Source: Toensbergia leucococca (taxonomy: Eukaryota). From it: a stretch of 64,000 nucleotides of DNA. Where the stretch lies: NCBI GenBank assembly GCA_022813965.1, contig JALDZS010000106.1, forward strand, positions 1 to 64,000. Reading direction: 5' to 3'. Position numbers and translations under genes: made by a program. The notes beneath the pieces are model-generated. The model was not told the origin of the DNA and searched no databases. It saw only the letters and a program-made list of their open reading frames with translations. Positions within the stretch are counted from its first letter, which is position 1; the number at the start of each line of letters is the position of its first letter. Shown here one piece after another: positions 24,251-36,357 of the stretch.

Positions 24251-25090
24251 CAGACGTTTCTCCAAGGGCTTCGATCACGCCTACTCGACACCAAAAGGAA
24301 AGAAGCAAGCAAATGCTCGAGTACGTGAATTGCTAGACGATAAGATGATCTCTTATGGAAAAAGAAAGGTGACTATGATCATGATTCAAAGAAAAGTGTC
24401 ACAGCAATGAGAGAACGGAGATAGAGCCACAAATTTAAAAGGCAAAGGGAATCTATCAAATGATTCTCACGATTCAAATCTCCAGATCAACACGTGATTC
24501 AGGACTAGAGCCAGGGGCTTAGCGAGCCGCATGTTAATCCAATCAAGCTTAATTTCATTTTTCGCAAGAAAGGGATTTGAACCTCATAAGCAACCTTTTC
24601 CAGATCAGAAGTTGCATCAAACCCCAATCATTGCTGTTCTCTGATTTTGGGACATGTCTTTACCTGACAATTCATCCAAACCGTAGCGCAAAAGGTCCGT
24701 TGCAAAGGAAGGCGCGTGATGTCGACGAGCAGCAGGCTTGAAAAAGGGTAGCTACGCTGGAGAAAATGGGTCACGTCAGCGGAGGGGCAAGGGTCCACTG
24801 TACGAGTATAGGGTTCACTGTACGAGCATGGGGAGCAATTAGGTTGCAAAAGATCACGCTTTCTATTTGACGCATCAGAGCAAAAACTAGAACTAAAAGT
24901 AAAGCAAAAACTTCTTGAGTAAATGTACACGCAGAGATAGCTAGGCCAAAGTGTGACGCAATAAACGACTTCTTTGCATTATGCTCTCTGGTGTATCAAT
25001 TGTAGCTGCTCCGGCCGCAGGTGGCATGAAATGGCCCTCTTGGCAATCGACTCCTCCCCCTCCGCCCCCCTCCTGTCGTCATCGGTATGC

Positions 25091-27229
25091 TTAAGTCGGC
25101 GGTGCCGGTGGTGCGGATGGTGCGGTTGGTGGCGTGTAATGGCCTTCTTGACACTCGCACAACTCCACCCACTGCCCGTTGCAAAAGTGACGCATGTGAG
25201 GGTCACGGTTCTCCGGCGCGTATTGGCGCCGAGCGACCGGCTGGTGCTGATCGAACAGCCCTGCCGTCACCTCGTTGAAGTTTGGTGTCTCGTACATCTC
25301 TCCTCCTGCGATGGCGCCGGGGTAGGGTTCCGTACCCGTGAGACGCCCTTTGAAAGGGTCAACGCGCATGCCCAACAGACGGCCTTGAAGCGGCACCGAG
25401 CGGCTCGGGTGGTTGGTACTTTCCACTGGAGGCTGACGCACGGGCCAGACGAACGTCTCATCCGGATCGCCGGCTAGGGGACGATCAGAAGGAGACGCAG
25501 TCGATTGAACAGGCGTCGAGCCACGCGGCGACCTAGGAGGTATCAATGCCAATCCTCGAGCTGCAGAATTGGCCGGTGCCGGCGATACAAGCGACCTAGA
25601 GTGGGCCGTAATTAGAGAGCGTTGGGCGACGTGTGGAGGGTCTGCTTTCTCTGGCGATTCATCGAATACAATCGCCTCACCTTTTGCTTGGCGAGCGGCG
25701 ATTTCGCGAAATCTTGCTAATGTCCCAGGCGCGGATTTCATGGGAGCCGCTTTTGCTGCTGGAGAGACAGTCGGCTTGGATTGTGCGGTGATACGAGAAC
25801 TTCCGGCGGCCTGTGGAGACCCTAGAGATCCGGATGACTCTGTAGATACTTGACGGCGAGCTTGCTTAGAGCGTACTAGAGGAGGCTTAGCGGAAGCTGA
25901 GAGAGTAGCAGTAGCAGGCGAAGTCGGAAGAAATCTTGGCGGAGTCGAGGGTGGCGGAGTCGAAGAGGATGGAATCGAAGTAGACGGAATCAAAGTAGAC
26001 GGAATCGAAGAGGATGGACGATCCATATTGTCACCAGCTTCAGCCATTGCCAAGGCGGACGGAGTCGAAGAGGACGGAATTAAAGAGGACGGAATCGAAC
26101 TGGATGGAATGGCAAAGGATGGACGATCCATATTGTCACCAGCTTCATCTACTGTCGAGGACTGGGATGGAGGTGAGCTTGCTGGTGCGTCAGTCATGCC
26201 GGGTACTCTCGCACGACGCGGTATTTGAGGTAGCGTGGTAAAGGCTGGTAGTCTCTGTTGACGATGTGTAATAGGAGTTGCTCTAGTGATGCTCGAAGCT
26301 CGAGGTGTGGATTGCTCAGGTTGATGTTGTGAAGTCGATTCGATAGCGTGTGCTTCTGAAACCTGGGCTTGTGGTGTAGGTGTACTGATGATACTTTGGT
26401 CTCCAAGTGAAGTGGTAGGCGTTATGACCTCGTCGGCGATGGTCAACGGTGGGGCGATTTCACGTACACTAGATTCTTCTTCACTAGAACGCAGAGCACC
26501 TCTACCCAACAACGCATCATCTGCACCTTCTGATGCTTCTATCGACTGCTGTGTCAAACCAGGAACAACGGGCAACAAAGTTTCTAGGTGAGTTGCTGGC
26601 TCCGTTATCTGTCCTGGTTCACCATGAACCTCCTCATCTCTCTTCAGTGACTGCGTTTCTTCTATCACCTGAGCTTCATTATTGTCCTCGCTTTGCTTGC
26701 CCTCATCCGTTGTCAAGCCTATCAATTGTAATGCAGAGAGCGTCACTTCGGACAGAGAAGATGCTTCTTCGCTAGTAACTACATTTCTGACGACGGCTTG
26801 CTCTGTAATATCTTCTGTATCACTGGCAATTTCATCTGCATCTGTGGCTGAGAAAAAAGTCCCTGAATCACTTGAAGATGGTCTATCGCTTCTGCTGACG
26901 CGTTGTGGCGTCTGTGGAGCAGAGCAAAAGTCTGCGTCATCTGTTTGAGAAGAACGGCTCGAGGTCTGCGATGTGCCTGGTAAAGTGCTCGCCGCTGAAG
27001 TTCCAGGTCCGGAAGGGTCTTCGCGTAGCTGCGACGGATTCGATAAGCCGCGTTGGACAGCCTGGGGAGCCTGGGGAGCCTGGGGAGCCTGGGATTCCTG
27101 TACACGTCTTGATCGACGCCGCCTCCCTGTGACGACTTGCCATCCATCGTCTCCACTAGGTACAGACGCGCGTGCAGATTGTCCCGCCTCAGACATGGTA
27201 TCTATCGGATATCTTGTATTGGGTTTCAA
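25091..27229 (-). CDS. Orphan Ser/Thr/Pro-rich disordered protein with internal repeats and a C-terminal Cys/His motif
   Basis: 712-aa uninterrupted ORF; QAP x3, EAGDNMDRPS x2, IPSS repeats; HFCNGQWVELCECQEGHY near the C-terminus. Confidence 0.7.
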   Translation of the reverse strand: MKPNTRYPIDTMSEAGQSARASVPSGDDGWQVVTGRRRRSRRVQESQAPQAPQAPQAVQRGLSNPSQLREDPSGPGTSAASTLPGTSQTSSRSSQTDDADFCSAPQTPQRVSRSDRPSSSDSGTFFSATDADEIASDTEDITEQAVVRNVVTSEEASSLSEVTLSALQLIGLTTDEGKQSEDNNEAQVIEETQSLKRDEEVHGEPGQITEPATHLETLLPVVPGLTQQSIEASEGADDALLGRGALRSSEEESSVREIAPPLTIADEVITPTTSLGDQSIISTPTPQAQVSEAHAIESTSQHQPEQSTPRASSITRATPITHRQQRLPAFTTLPQIPRRARVPGMTDAPASSPPSQSSTVDEAGDNMDRPSFAIPSSSIPSSLIPSSSTPSALAMAEAGDNMDRPSSSIPSTLIPSTSIPSSSTPPPSTPPRFLPTSPATATLSASAKPPLVRSKQARRQVSTESSGSLGSPQAAGSSRITAQSKPTVSPAAKAAPMKSAPGTLARFREIAARQAKGEAIVFDESPEKADPPHVAQRSLITAHSRSLVSPAPANSAARGLALIPPRSPRGSTPVQSTASPSDRPLAGDPDETFVWPVRQPPVESTNHPSRSVPLQGRLLGMRVDPFKGRLTGTEPYPGAIAGGEMYETPNFNEVTAGLFDQHQPVARRQYAPENRDPHMRHFCNGQWVELCECQEGHYTPPTAPSAPPAPPT

Positions 27230-28262
27230 TTCCGTGATTAAAAGTCTATCGCAGTTGTGGGTTTGTCCTCGCCGTTAGCAGAATTACCTGTGGTACGCAG
27301 AGATGAGTAAAGCTCGAGAAAAAACCACACTTGGAGGTAGAGGTGGTCTCCGGCTTACATGAAAATTCAGAATAGAGGACCGACTAAGAGGACTCGTGCC
27401 TACGATGGGAGACAACCGTCGTGAGGGTTATGTAGCAGGCTTGCGATGACTCGTACCTTGGAAGGAGAGAAGTTTGCTAAGGGTGATGCAACGGAGTTTA
27501 TCTCTGCTTCTGCTACTTGTTGGTTGTGATGGCTTGTACCTCGACAGAAGAGAAGGGTGGTGAAGGCGACGTAACAAGATACAAGATTGCTTTTGCTGGG
27601 CCAATGCTAATGAAGCGTGGTGGAAATTACTTGTACCTTTGACGTGGAAAAAGGATGGAAGAAGGGTGGTAAGGGTGATTGAACTGATTTGTGACCTCAA
27701 GATCGTCCTGGATAAGGATCGACCAACTCCTGAACACAGAACTGTGTAACGAATATGGAAGAGTATTTGGAATTCTTGACTAAGAGGACTTTCGAAGATA
27801 CTGTTCACACGAAAGGAGAAGTTGTCTCAGGATGCAAGTTCGTGCAGATACTTATTTGGCGGAACGATGTGTTTTAGTGTACTAGGCAAAGAAAAGCCCT
27901 ACCAGATCTCAGTCTCTTTTTAACGACAACGTCCAGATCACTCGGATGAGACCCTACAGGCGAAGCTACATCTTCAGTGAATTTTGCAAGCATGCACGAG
28001 TCAATCAGAAAGATCCCTGATAGGGATTTTAACGGGATTTTAAGAATACTGCAGCATAAATACGAAAATGAGCTGCAATCATGGTGAGGAGGACTGCCAC
28101 TATAACTAAAATAGTGACCTACCATGAAATCTCTTCGCTGGCAAGAGCCAAATGTCGAACCTTTAAGTGTCGACGCGGAGGTTTTGACTCCCGGGAGGAG
28201 TTGCACTCTGCAAAGGAGTAGTAGCATAACATGAAGAGTTGGATGTTGGCAGGACCACATGA

Positions 28263-29168
28263 TTAGACTCGAACACTCGAAAAGCCTTCATCTGCCATGA
28301 TGGAAGATGGCGAGACTGAGCGTCGGCTTGTGAGAGCGGTTGATGTGCCATTATCTGGCAAGTCCATTTTCTCCCAATTGGCTCCATACAACTCCACCAG
28401 TCTGCAGCCCCAACTAAAATGGTGCCACATTATCAAACACACCAATGGACCGACGACCAGCCATGCAAAAGATAGACCAATCAAAGCATCTCCTAACGCG
28501 CCGTTACCCGAACCCGAGTAGAAGACTATGAGTATGTCTACAAGAAGCCCTATGTACGCAAGGAAAGCGAGTATTGGATAGTAGTAGGCGTATCCTGACA
28601 GAGTGATAAATGCTTCACACAGTCCAGCGAGGTACAAACAAAGGGGAGCCCAGAGAACACCCAGCGGAAGATCAACACTGAGTCCTGCGATGGCACCAGC
28701 AAAAGCGAGGAGAATGGACAGCTTGATCATCCCTTGAACGCGATAGTGGCGATGACGCGCGAACCAGAGATGGTAGGGAACGAGGATGGAAAAAGGGCGG
28801 GTAAAAATCTTATAGACAGTCCATTTGAAATGGGTCCAGTCGCCTGGATGGATGTGAATAAATTGCTCAGGATCTTCGTGCGCTGGATATGATGTTATGT
28901 TGGTGAGCCTGTCGTTTTCGATAGTTGGGATAGTTGTGTGTTCTCCCCACCTAACGGTACGCTCAGATTGAGGGGGTGGGAGGAAGAAACGGGTATTGTT
29001 GGCATCAAGATCTGATGTTGATGTTGACGACGTATGAGGATCGGATGATGTCAATGTGTGGGCATTAGATGATGACGACGTAGAGGGATCTGTTGTTGAC
29101 GACGAGTAGTGATCCGTTCTTGTCCAGGTAAATCGATCTCTTCTTGACGACAAATGATAGTTTGGCAT
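28263..29168 (-). CDS. Hypothetical membrane protein (~4 TM segments)
   Basis: 301-aa ATG ORF; Ser/Thr-rich N-terminus followed by four hydrophobic segments. Confidence 0.65.
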   Translation of the reverse strand: MPNYHLSSRRDRFTWTRTDHYSSSTTDPSTSSSSNAHTLTSSDPHTSSTSTSDLDANNTRFFLPPPQSERTVRWGEHTTIPTIENDRLTNITSYPAHEDPEQFIHIHPGDWTHFKWTVYKIFTRPFSILVPYHLWFARHRHYRVQGMIKLSILLAFAGAIAGLSVDLPLGVLWAPLCLYLAGLCEAFITLSGYAYYYPILAFLAYIGLLVDILIVFYSGSGNGALGDALIGLSFAWLVVGPLVCLIMWHHFSWGCRLVELYGANWEKMDLPDNGTSTALTSRRSVSPSSIMADEGFSSVRV

Positions 29169-29495
29169 GGCCGATGAAGACTACTGGCAAGACACCGTGT
29201 TTGGTCGTATTTGAGAGCTTTGTTTCAATGCTGTGGAGTGTTTCTGAGGTTTCAAGGTGTAGAGTGTCAACACTTTGAAGGGCATCAAGCCTGACTCCCT
29301 ACTGCTGACCGTGCCAGCTTAGCGCTTTTCTTCCCATACAAACACTTGAGATTTCACCACACAGCAAGACGCGAGCACTCCAGATTCACTCGTCTCTTCG
29401 CGAAACGTTAGTACGCGTCCATGGTTGTGGTAGCTGAATTTTGATATCGTGAATATCCTAATACTTGAGCTTCTAGGCAAAGAAAAGTCTCGAAA

Positions 29496-31193
29496 TCAGA
29501 ATCTGCGCTTTTTCTTAGTAGATATCTTACTCTTTTCTTCAAGCTCGCGTTTCAGAAGCTCTCTCTTCTTATCTGCTCTCTCTTCTGAAGTTTCGCGAGG
29601 AGGATTGGGATAGTCTGTAGGCAGCGCTTCCGTACCACCACTACTGATGGGTTTCCAATTAGCAACAGCCGGATTCTCTCCGACCGCTGTCATGTCAGCA
29701 TCTCCTTGCGAATTGCTGAGCAGACTTGGCATTGTCCTTGGATCAGCATCGGAGGTCCTCTCTACCCTGTTATGTTTCCCACCAATCCTACCTAATTTGG
29801 ATTTAAATTTCGACGGCGTGGCTGGATCACTTGACGTCGAAGTGATTACTAGCCCTTTACTGGTCCAGATATCTTCGCCGGGGCCATCCTTAATTACACG
29901 ATGGGTGCCTTGGATACTAAGGTCTTCAGCATCTGCTACCAGTTTCTTGTCCTCGTGATTGTAGACTGGCACTGGATGATGACTTCCTTTCGTCATGCCT
30001 GGCTCTACAACGGCCGACAAGGTTGGCTGGATATCACGGCGATTGTTATGAGAGATTTGCGGATTCACAGAACCTCTCTTCTCAGATACAAGATTGGAAC
30101 TTTCCGACTCAACGGTTCCATCGCTTTCGTCGCTGGTTACATCATCATCAGTCGGAGTCGATGATAGTCTCCGCGCGAGTTGTGGCAAGGTTCTATTATT
30201 TTCTCCTGTATAATGAGGATCGGGTACTGGCAGACTCTCATGGGACGGAATAGATTTTCTCTATATGGAATTAGCTGGCGAGTTCCAAGTCCTCTGGATA
30301 CAATCTCGACCTACCCGAGAGTCATGATCGCTGGGCATTTCTCCTGGATAATGAAGGCCAGATTTGAGAGATGATGAGCCAAGATCAACTACCACTCTGG
30401 ATTTCTCTCCAATCTCCAGATGATTCCACCAAGCCTTATCTTGTGAAGTCTGCGTATCATTTGGCAGTGCAGTCGGATTAGAAGAGAATGCTTCGCGGAT
30501 CAGGGTATCCAAACTACCAAGCGCACCTGCAGAGATAGACAGACTCTTACGCCATTCTTGTTCATTGAACTCACGTAAACCCTTCACTGAGTCCCCGGCA
30601 GCGTCCCTGGTGGCGAGGTTCTTCCTACTTTTCGAGGAGATCAAACCAGGAAATACTGTGCTTACATCGATTCCGGCTGATTGCAATTTACCCATCAATC
30701 TATTGATGATGTGGTCTTTGTCTTTTACATTTAGCAACAGGGAGCTGATCTCGGTCTTGGCAATTACTTGCTGAGTCAAGCATGGAATTACAAATTCAGC
30801 AGTCAGGATTTCTTGAGAGGCAGGAAGAAGATGAACAGGCCAATCGAGCGGTCGTAAGGGGACCGGTAAAGGAGCCGAGACTTGCAAGAGAAAGTTTTTC
30901 TGACCGCCTTCTCGAGATATTGACAGTTTAGTACCTGCTTGCCCATCTAGAGAAGATTGAATATTGCGCAAGAGCAATTGCAACTGATCAGGTCCCTCAC
31001 TTGGATCGATACTAGTATCCATATCTAAAGCTCTTCGTATGATGCGCCTTCGATCTAACGACTCCATCCAGATGTAGGTCAGATCCGTAATATAAATGCT
31101 GTAGTCTGAGAGCCCAAATTGATATTTGATAAGAAGTGGCGGAAGACTGATACGCTCCGACTTCAACCTGAGAGGCTTCCAGGGTGGAGGCAT
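29496..31193 (-). CDS. xlf1: XLF/Cernunnos (Nej1-like) non-homologous end-joining factor; 2 exons
   Basis: LPPLLIK...YITDLTYIWMESLDRRRIIRRAL...SIDPSEGPDQLQLLL head domain; intron at ~30261-30314 joins ORF 29496-30188 in frame; basic C-terminal KKKRRF resembles a Ku-binding tail. Confidence 0.85.
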
Positions 31194-31505
31194 GATCGAC
31201 GAACCGAGCTGAATTTGATTTGTTTACCAGCAGAACGAGAGCGTTTGACCGTGCCATCAATGCCCAGGACGTGAAGTTAGATCTTCGTAAGGCTGAGCTG
31301 CCGCTAGCATTTAAATAATGTGACCCTCGGACCCAGGCGATATATTCCGCCGGGTCCGCTGGGTCTGCGTACTCTAGATTTGTTCTGCTTTCCATAACTC
31401 CAATAACTACACCTCACAATTGGTACATAGGTTGTTCACCATGTGCTATCGAGACTCACATCTCGTACAAAGGTTTTTTCCTTTCAGAATTGTCTTGACG
31501 AAGTA

Positions 31506-33503
31506 ATGACTTCTCGCGGTACTCTGCCTCTTGGCCCGACCAGAAAACGTTCCGGGTCTGATTCACCACCTCCGTGGCACCGACCGAACAAAAATCATCG
31601 ACGCCTTGAGAGTCAAGCTGGACCACATGAGGAGGGCAATAAATATCAAAAGGATGACGGCTTACAAGAGAGGAAAAAGCAGGAGACTTTTGCAAGGGAG
31701 CAAACCCGCCTGAACCAGATACAAGAGGCTGAGCAAATGCGGGAATGGGTTTCCAAGGAGGATGACTTTGTATTGAGACAGTCGAAGAAGAAGGCTCAAA
31801 TACGGGTCAAAGAAGGAAGAGCAAACTCGATTGATTGGCTTGCTGTTACGTTGAGTATCATCGACACAACGAAGGACCCCCTGGAAGACGATAGTGTCGA
31901 GTCGAATGTCGATATCGTCGACCCGGCTGGGATTTTTGAAGGCTTAAGTCATTTTCAATTGCTGGATCTAGGGAAGGAAATTGATACGTACCTGATGTTG
32001 GAGTCTAACAAAAGCAATCGTGACTACTGGAATGTATGTATACCCACGTTGAACCCAACGTAACCTCGCTGACATTGTATAGGCGCTGAAGATTATATGT
32101 AATGATCACAAATCTAGATTTGCATCCGCAGGTCTTCAAAGTCGTGCAGGAAGCTCAGTCTCTACGGACGTTGACCGTTTATTAAGTCCTAAATCCTCCG
32201 ACGAGCTCAATGCCTTGGAGGCTCAAATATCTAGAAAATTGCAATCAAATGAGCCGATAGATGTCGAATACTGGGAACAATTACTTCGCAGTATAGCAGT
32301 TTACAAAGCCAAAGCTGAACTCAATAAGGTATACAAATCAATTATCGACAGTCGTCGGCTCGACTTGAAGCGTGAACAGGCGATTGAAGCAGGGCTTGCG
32401 AAAGAGAAGCTGAGTATGCTCTTGGGCGGCGGCCCGGATAATTTAATTCAAAATATGAACGAAGATCCGGGCATTCATGAGACGTCCTCGTCCATTTCAA
32501 CAGCCTCTATAAAATACTCACAACATCTGGACCCTGAACCTCTTCTAAAGCTACGCCCTGAGGATAAAGCCTTTGACATCATTGAAGAGGGCGCTTTCTT
32601 AGACAAGATTGTTTGTGATTGCATTTCTCATTGGTGTTTTTGGACATTGCTGATATGTTCTGGTAGGCCACAGATCGAAAACGAATTCTTAAGCTTGGCT
32701 ACGTGCCCATGCGGCAGCTACAGTCTGGTAAGCCAGTCACAGCATCTTTTGTGAAACCCTTGGAATCAATTGCTCCGAGTGCTTCGCGTTTCGCAGCTGT
32801 CCCGAACGAGGACTTTTCGCAAGCAACAAAAGCACTGTACGAGCGAGAAGTCGCCAGAGGGGTGCAAGAGAATGAAGAAATATTCGCTGGTGAAGAGGAA
32901 GTTTCCTCGCTGTCGAAGCCACTATGGGCAAACAAGTATCGGCCCCGAAAGCCTCGGTATTTTAATCGTGTGCAAATGGGGTATGAATGGAATAAATACA
33001 ACCAGACACACTACGATCACGATAATCCCCCACCAAAAGTCGTTCAAGGTTACAAATTTAATATTTTCTATCCAGACCTAATCGACAAAGTCAAGGCTCC
33101 TACTTATCGTATAGAGCGTGAAAATGGCCGCAAACGGGGGCAATCTTTTGCTCCTGCAGGGGAAGAGGACACCTGTCTTATACGGTTCATTAGCGGTCCT
33201 CCATACGAGGATCTTGCTTTCCGAATTGTAGACAAAGAATGGGATTATAGTGCGAAGAGAGAACGAGGCTTTCGAAGCAGCTTTGATAAAGTGAGTGGCA
33301 ATCCAAATCAGATAAGATTTAACTCAACCCTGCTATGTAGTACCCAAAGGAAGAAGTCTTTGCATGGGAGATTGGAGCTAACTCATACTTAATTAGGGTA
33401 TATTACAGCTTCACTTTCAATTCAAGAAGGTCAGTCCTCCCTACAAACCCTTGAATCATTATCCCAGCTACTGAAATTCGGACAGGTGTATTATAGGAAA
33501 TGA
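31506..33503 (+). CDS. cactin: Cactin (spliceosome-associated protein); 5 exons
   Basis: EDDFVLRQSKKKAQIRVKEGRA, RKPRYFNRVQMGYEWNKYNQTHYDHDNPPPKVVQGYKFNIFYPDLIDK, GPPYEDLAFRIVDKEWDYS; final exons GILQLHFQFKK|VYYRK*. Confidence 0.93.
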
Positions 33504-34784
33504 GATCAGCCAGGTCTTCCAATCCTGGGCTCTCCCATAAGTTCGTACTTTTACGACTACAAGTCGGGTTCACAACGCTGTCGATTCCTGCGATATTGAA
33601 GGCCTCCACGGGCGAACTTCATCCATAACATAATAGAGCCTAGCAGTATACTCTATCTTTTATGCCACCTCTTCTTTTAGACGCTCGTCTCGGTAGAATC
33701 CAGTGTAGGTTATCGAGCACGAATCTGTCCTTGATGAGCTGATATTAAGCGAAGCCCTACAATATTTAAGAGTGCATGAGACTCATCTGATATTTAATAG
33801 TCCCACTATAGCTTGGGGCGTTTGGGCCTTACCGGATGCGCAGTCAGGCTTCATCAGCACTAAGTATCTCTCGCCAATTTAGGTTAACTTCCGATCAGCT
33901 TTCTTCAAGAAACCAGGGCGCTGCTACAGTTGGCGGGTAACGATCACATTGAGCATCATGCTGGTAATATACCAGATACATTACCCTATATGCAGTGCTA
34001 GCGAATTCCGCAGACTGCAAGACTGCGACGCCTCATTACGTCCACCGATGTCCTCGATCCAACCGATGTGAAGACCTATAGGATAGGAGGGCATCTTCTT
34101 AGTACCTTCTGGAAGCCTAACCGGAGCTGCAAAGTCCAGTAGGCGTACCGTTGGGCCAGCTAATCATGTACCTATCCGTCGAATTGATGCGTGCGGAAGC
34201 TGATGGTCTGCACTACCTACGGTGAGGAAAAGGTGGCTACCCGAAAATTACACGGGGGCCACAGTATCCACGCGAAATGGCGGAGCTGCCTTTAGCCGTC
34301 AAGGCTGAGCTGCTGGCTCGAATCTACTGGTTTGATTTATCTAGGTAATCATACAACCCAAGGGCTGACCCTGTTTCATGCATTGGGCATTGTGAACGAA
34401 GATGGCAGTCATTGTGGAACATTACGTATGGCCGGCTGGGCACAAACGAAGCTTAGTTCACGTAACCAGATCACTCATGAGTGCCTTTCATTCTCCATGT
34501 TTGCTCCCGTAGCTATCTCGCAAGAACAGCGAGCTGCAGGAGACCTTTGGCCTCATGAGCTGGCACACCGCATGACCAGTGGTATTGCAAGTGGATCTAC
34601 CAATTCTCCCTAAACACGTGCCTACACATCTCTCATATCAATGTCTCACAGGTTTCGTCTTCCAGAATCCCCTTGGATTCTTCGTCCGCCTGTCAACGCA
34701 CTATCCGTGTGCTAAATTTCCTACTCTTCGGCATTACACAACAGTCGGTCCGTTCCTTACTCCTTTTGGATAATAGATCTTGTT

Positions 34785-36357
34785 ATGTCCTCTCAGAGAA
34801 GTGCTCGCTACCCTCTCCGTTCCCAAGATTTGCCCATGAACCGTGATCTTTTCGCTCCACTCCAGACCTCAGATATTTCCCAAGCACGGATGCTTGATGG
34901 CGGCTCTTATCAGATCATGCCTTCTTCTATCGATCGCATGGCGAACAATGTCTCAGATGTCTGTTACAATCTCAAGCCTTACTCCCGAAACGGCCCTCTT
35001 ACTGCCAGTAAGCCTGCGTTTCAATGGGAGGGTCTTCAGGAAGCGTCGATACTCTATCAGGACCCATTCAACTGTCAGCCTGATCAAGATTATCGTTACG
35101 CCAATTATGAAGCCACTTCTGAACTTCCTTGTGGTCAGAAGACAATGGGAGATACATCCTGGGACTGTGGATACATACACAACCCAGAGCCTACATACTC
35201 GTCACTGACCTGTCCACGCGGTTATCCATCCGAGAACGACAGCGCTTTGAAAGACCTTATGCAATCTAACATACAGGCTCATCCTCCGTCTGCATACTGT
35301 CTAGAATCAGCGAGGCGAACATCACATCCGTCAATCTCGACGCTCCGACCATTTCAAAGGGAGCTACTCACTGTTCCTGGAGGTCTTACACCAGACTCGT
35401 ATTTAGCAGACAATATGTTCCCAGCATATTCGCCTTCTCTGTCCCGTTCGTCAACACAGCCAACCAAGCTGGATTTCTCTGCTACTGTCAGCCCTGATAC
35501 TGTAGGAGCGTATGAAAGCTTCAACGAGTGCTTGACCATGAACGGTGATGAAGGTGATGGAGATGGTAGTATGAACTCTGAGCCATACGCACAGCTTATC
35601 TACCGAGCGCTGAAGAGTGCCTCTGGACATAAGGTGGTCTTGAAAGAAATCTATGAATGGTTCGAGAGAAATACCGACAAGGCTAAGAACTCGTCATCCA
35701 AGGGTTGGCAAAATAGTATTCGACACAATCTATCGATGAATGGGGTAAGCTCTTGCATCAGTCGAGTATCCCTTGGAAATATCTAACTCGACGCAGGCCT
35801 TCAAAAAGGTTGAACAGCTACCTCCCACGGATGAGTCGAAGAAAGGCTTTGTCTGGGTATTAGATCCCTCCGCTATCGAAGAAGGCGTCAAGTCAACGAC
35901 CAGATATAGAACGAACAAAAAGATTGGGAAAGCAGAGCATCCAGCTCCTCAACGCCAGCGTTCTGGGGCTAAAGGAGGGAAAGCAGCGAAGAAGGCAGCA
36001 AAGCTACGACGATCGGCAAGGTTTGATGAATCTAGGAATCTTCGTTACCTAGAGGGGTCTTACTTGGGATCGAAGTTGGCTCCGACATCGAATGCCAACA
36101 GCCCATCTGAAGCAGACCCAGCTTTAAGCCCTCTGGACAGTCTGCCACTTTACTTGCAACATGCTGAACCGGTCACACGCTTCTCGATCCCAGACTCTCG
36201 TTCATACGGATATTCGGATATAATAGGATGCGTTCAAAACATTTCTAGCGATCTCTTATTCTATGATGATCCAAAGACTGAAGAAAATTCGCCGACTCTT
36301 TCATTTTACGATTCCGGAGAAAACTTGCTTGACTACGGCGCCAATTCCGTGACTTAA
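34785..36357 (+). CDS. Forkhead/winged-helix transcription factor; 2 exons
   Basis: EPYAQLIYRALKSA...LKEIYEWF...KGWQNSIRHNLSMNG|AFKKV...GFVWVL; GTAAGC...GCAG intron at ~35745-35796. Confidence 0.92.

Noticed and set aside
24560..24625. tRNA-like T-loop (GGTTCAAATCC on the minus strand)
   Set aside because: The T-stem pairs poorly and no acceptor or D stems can be built
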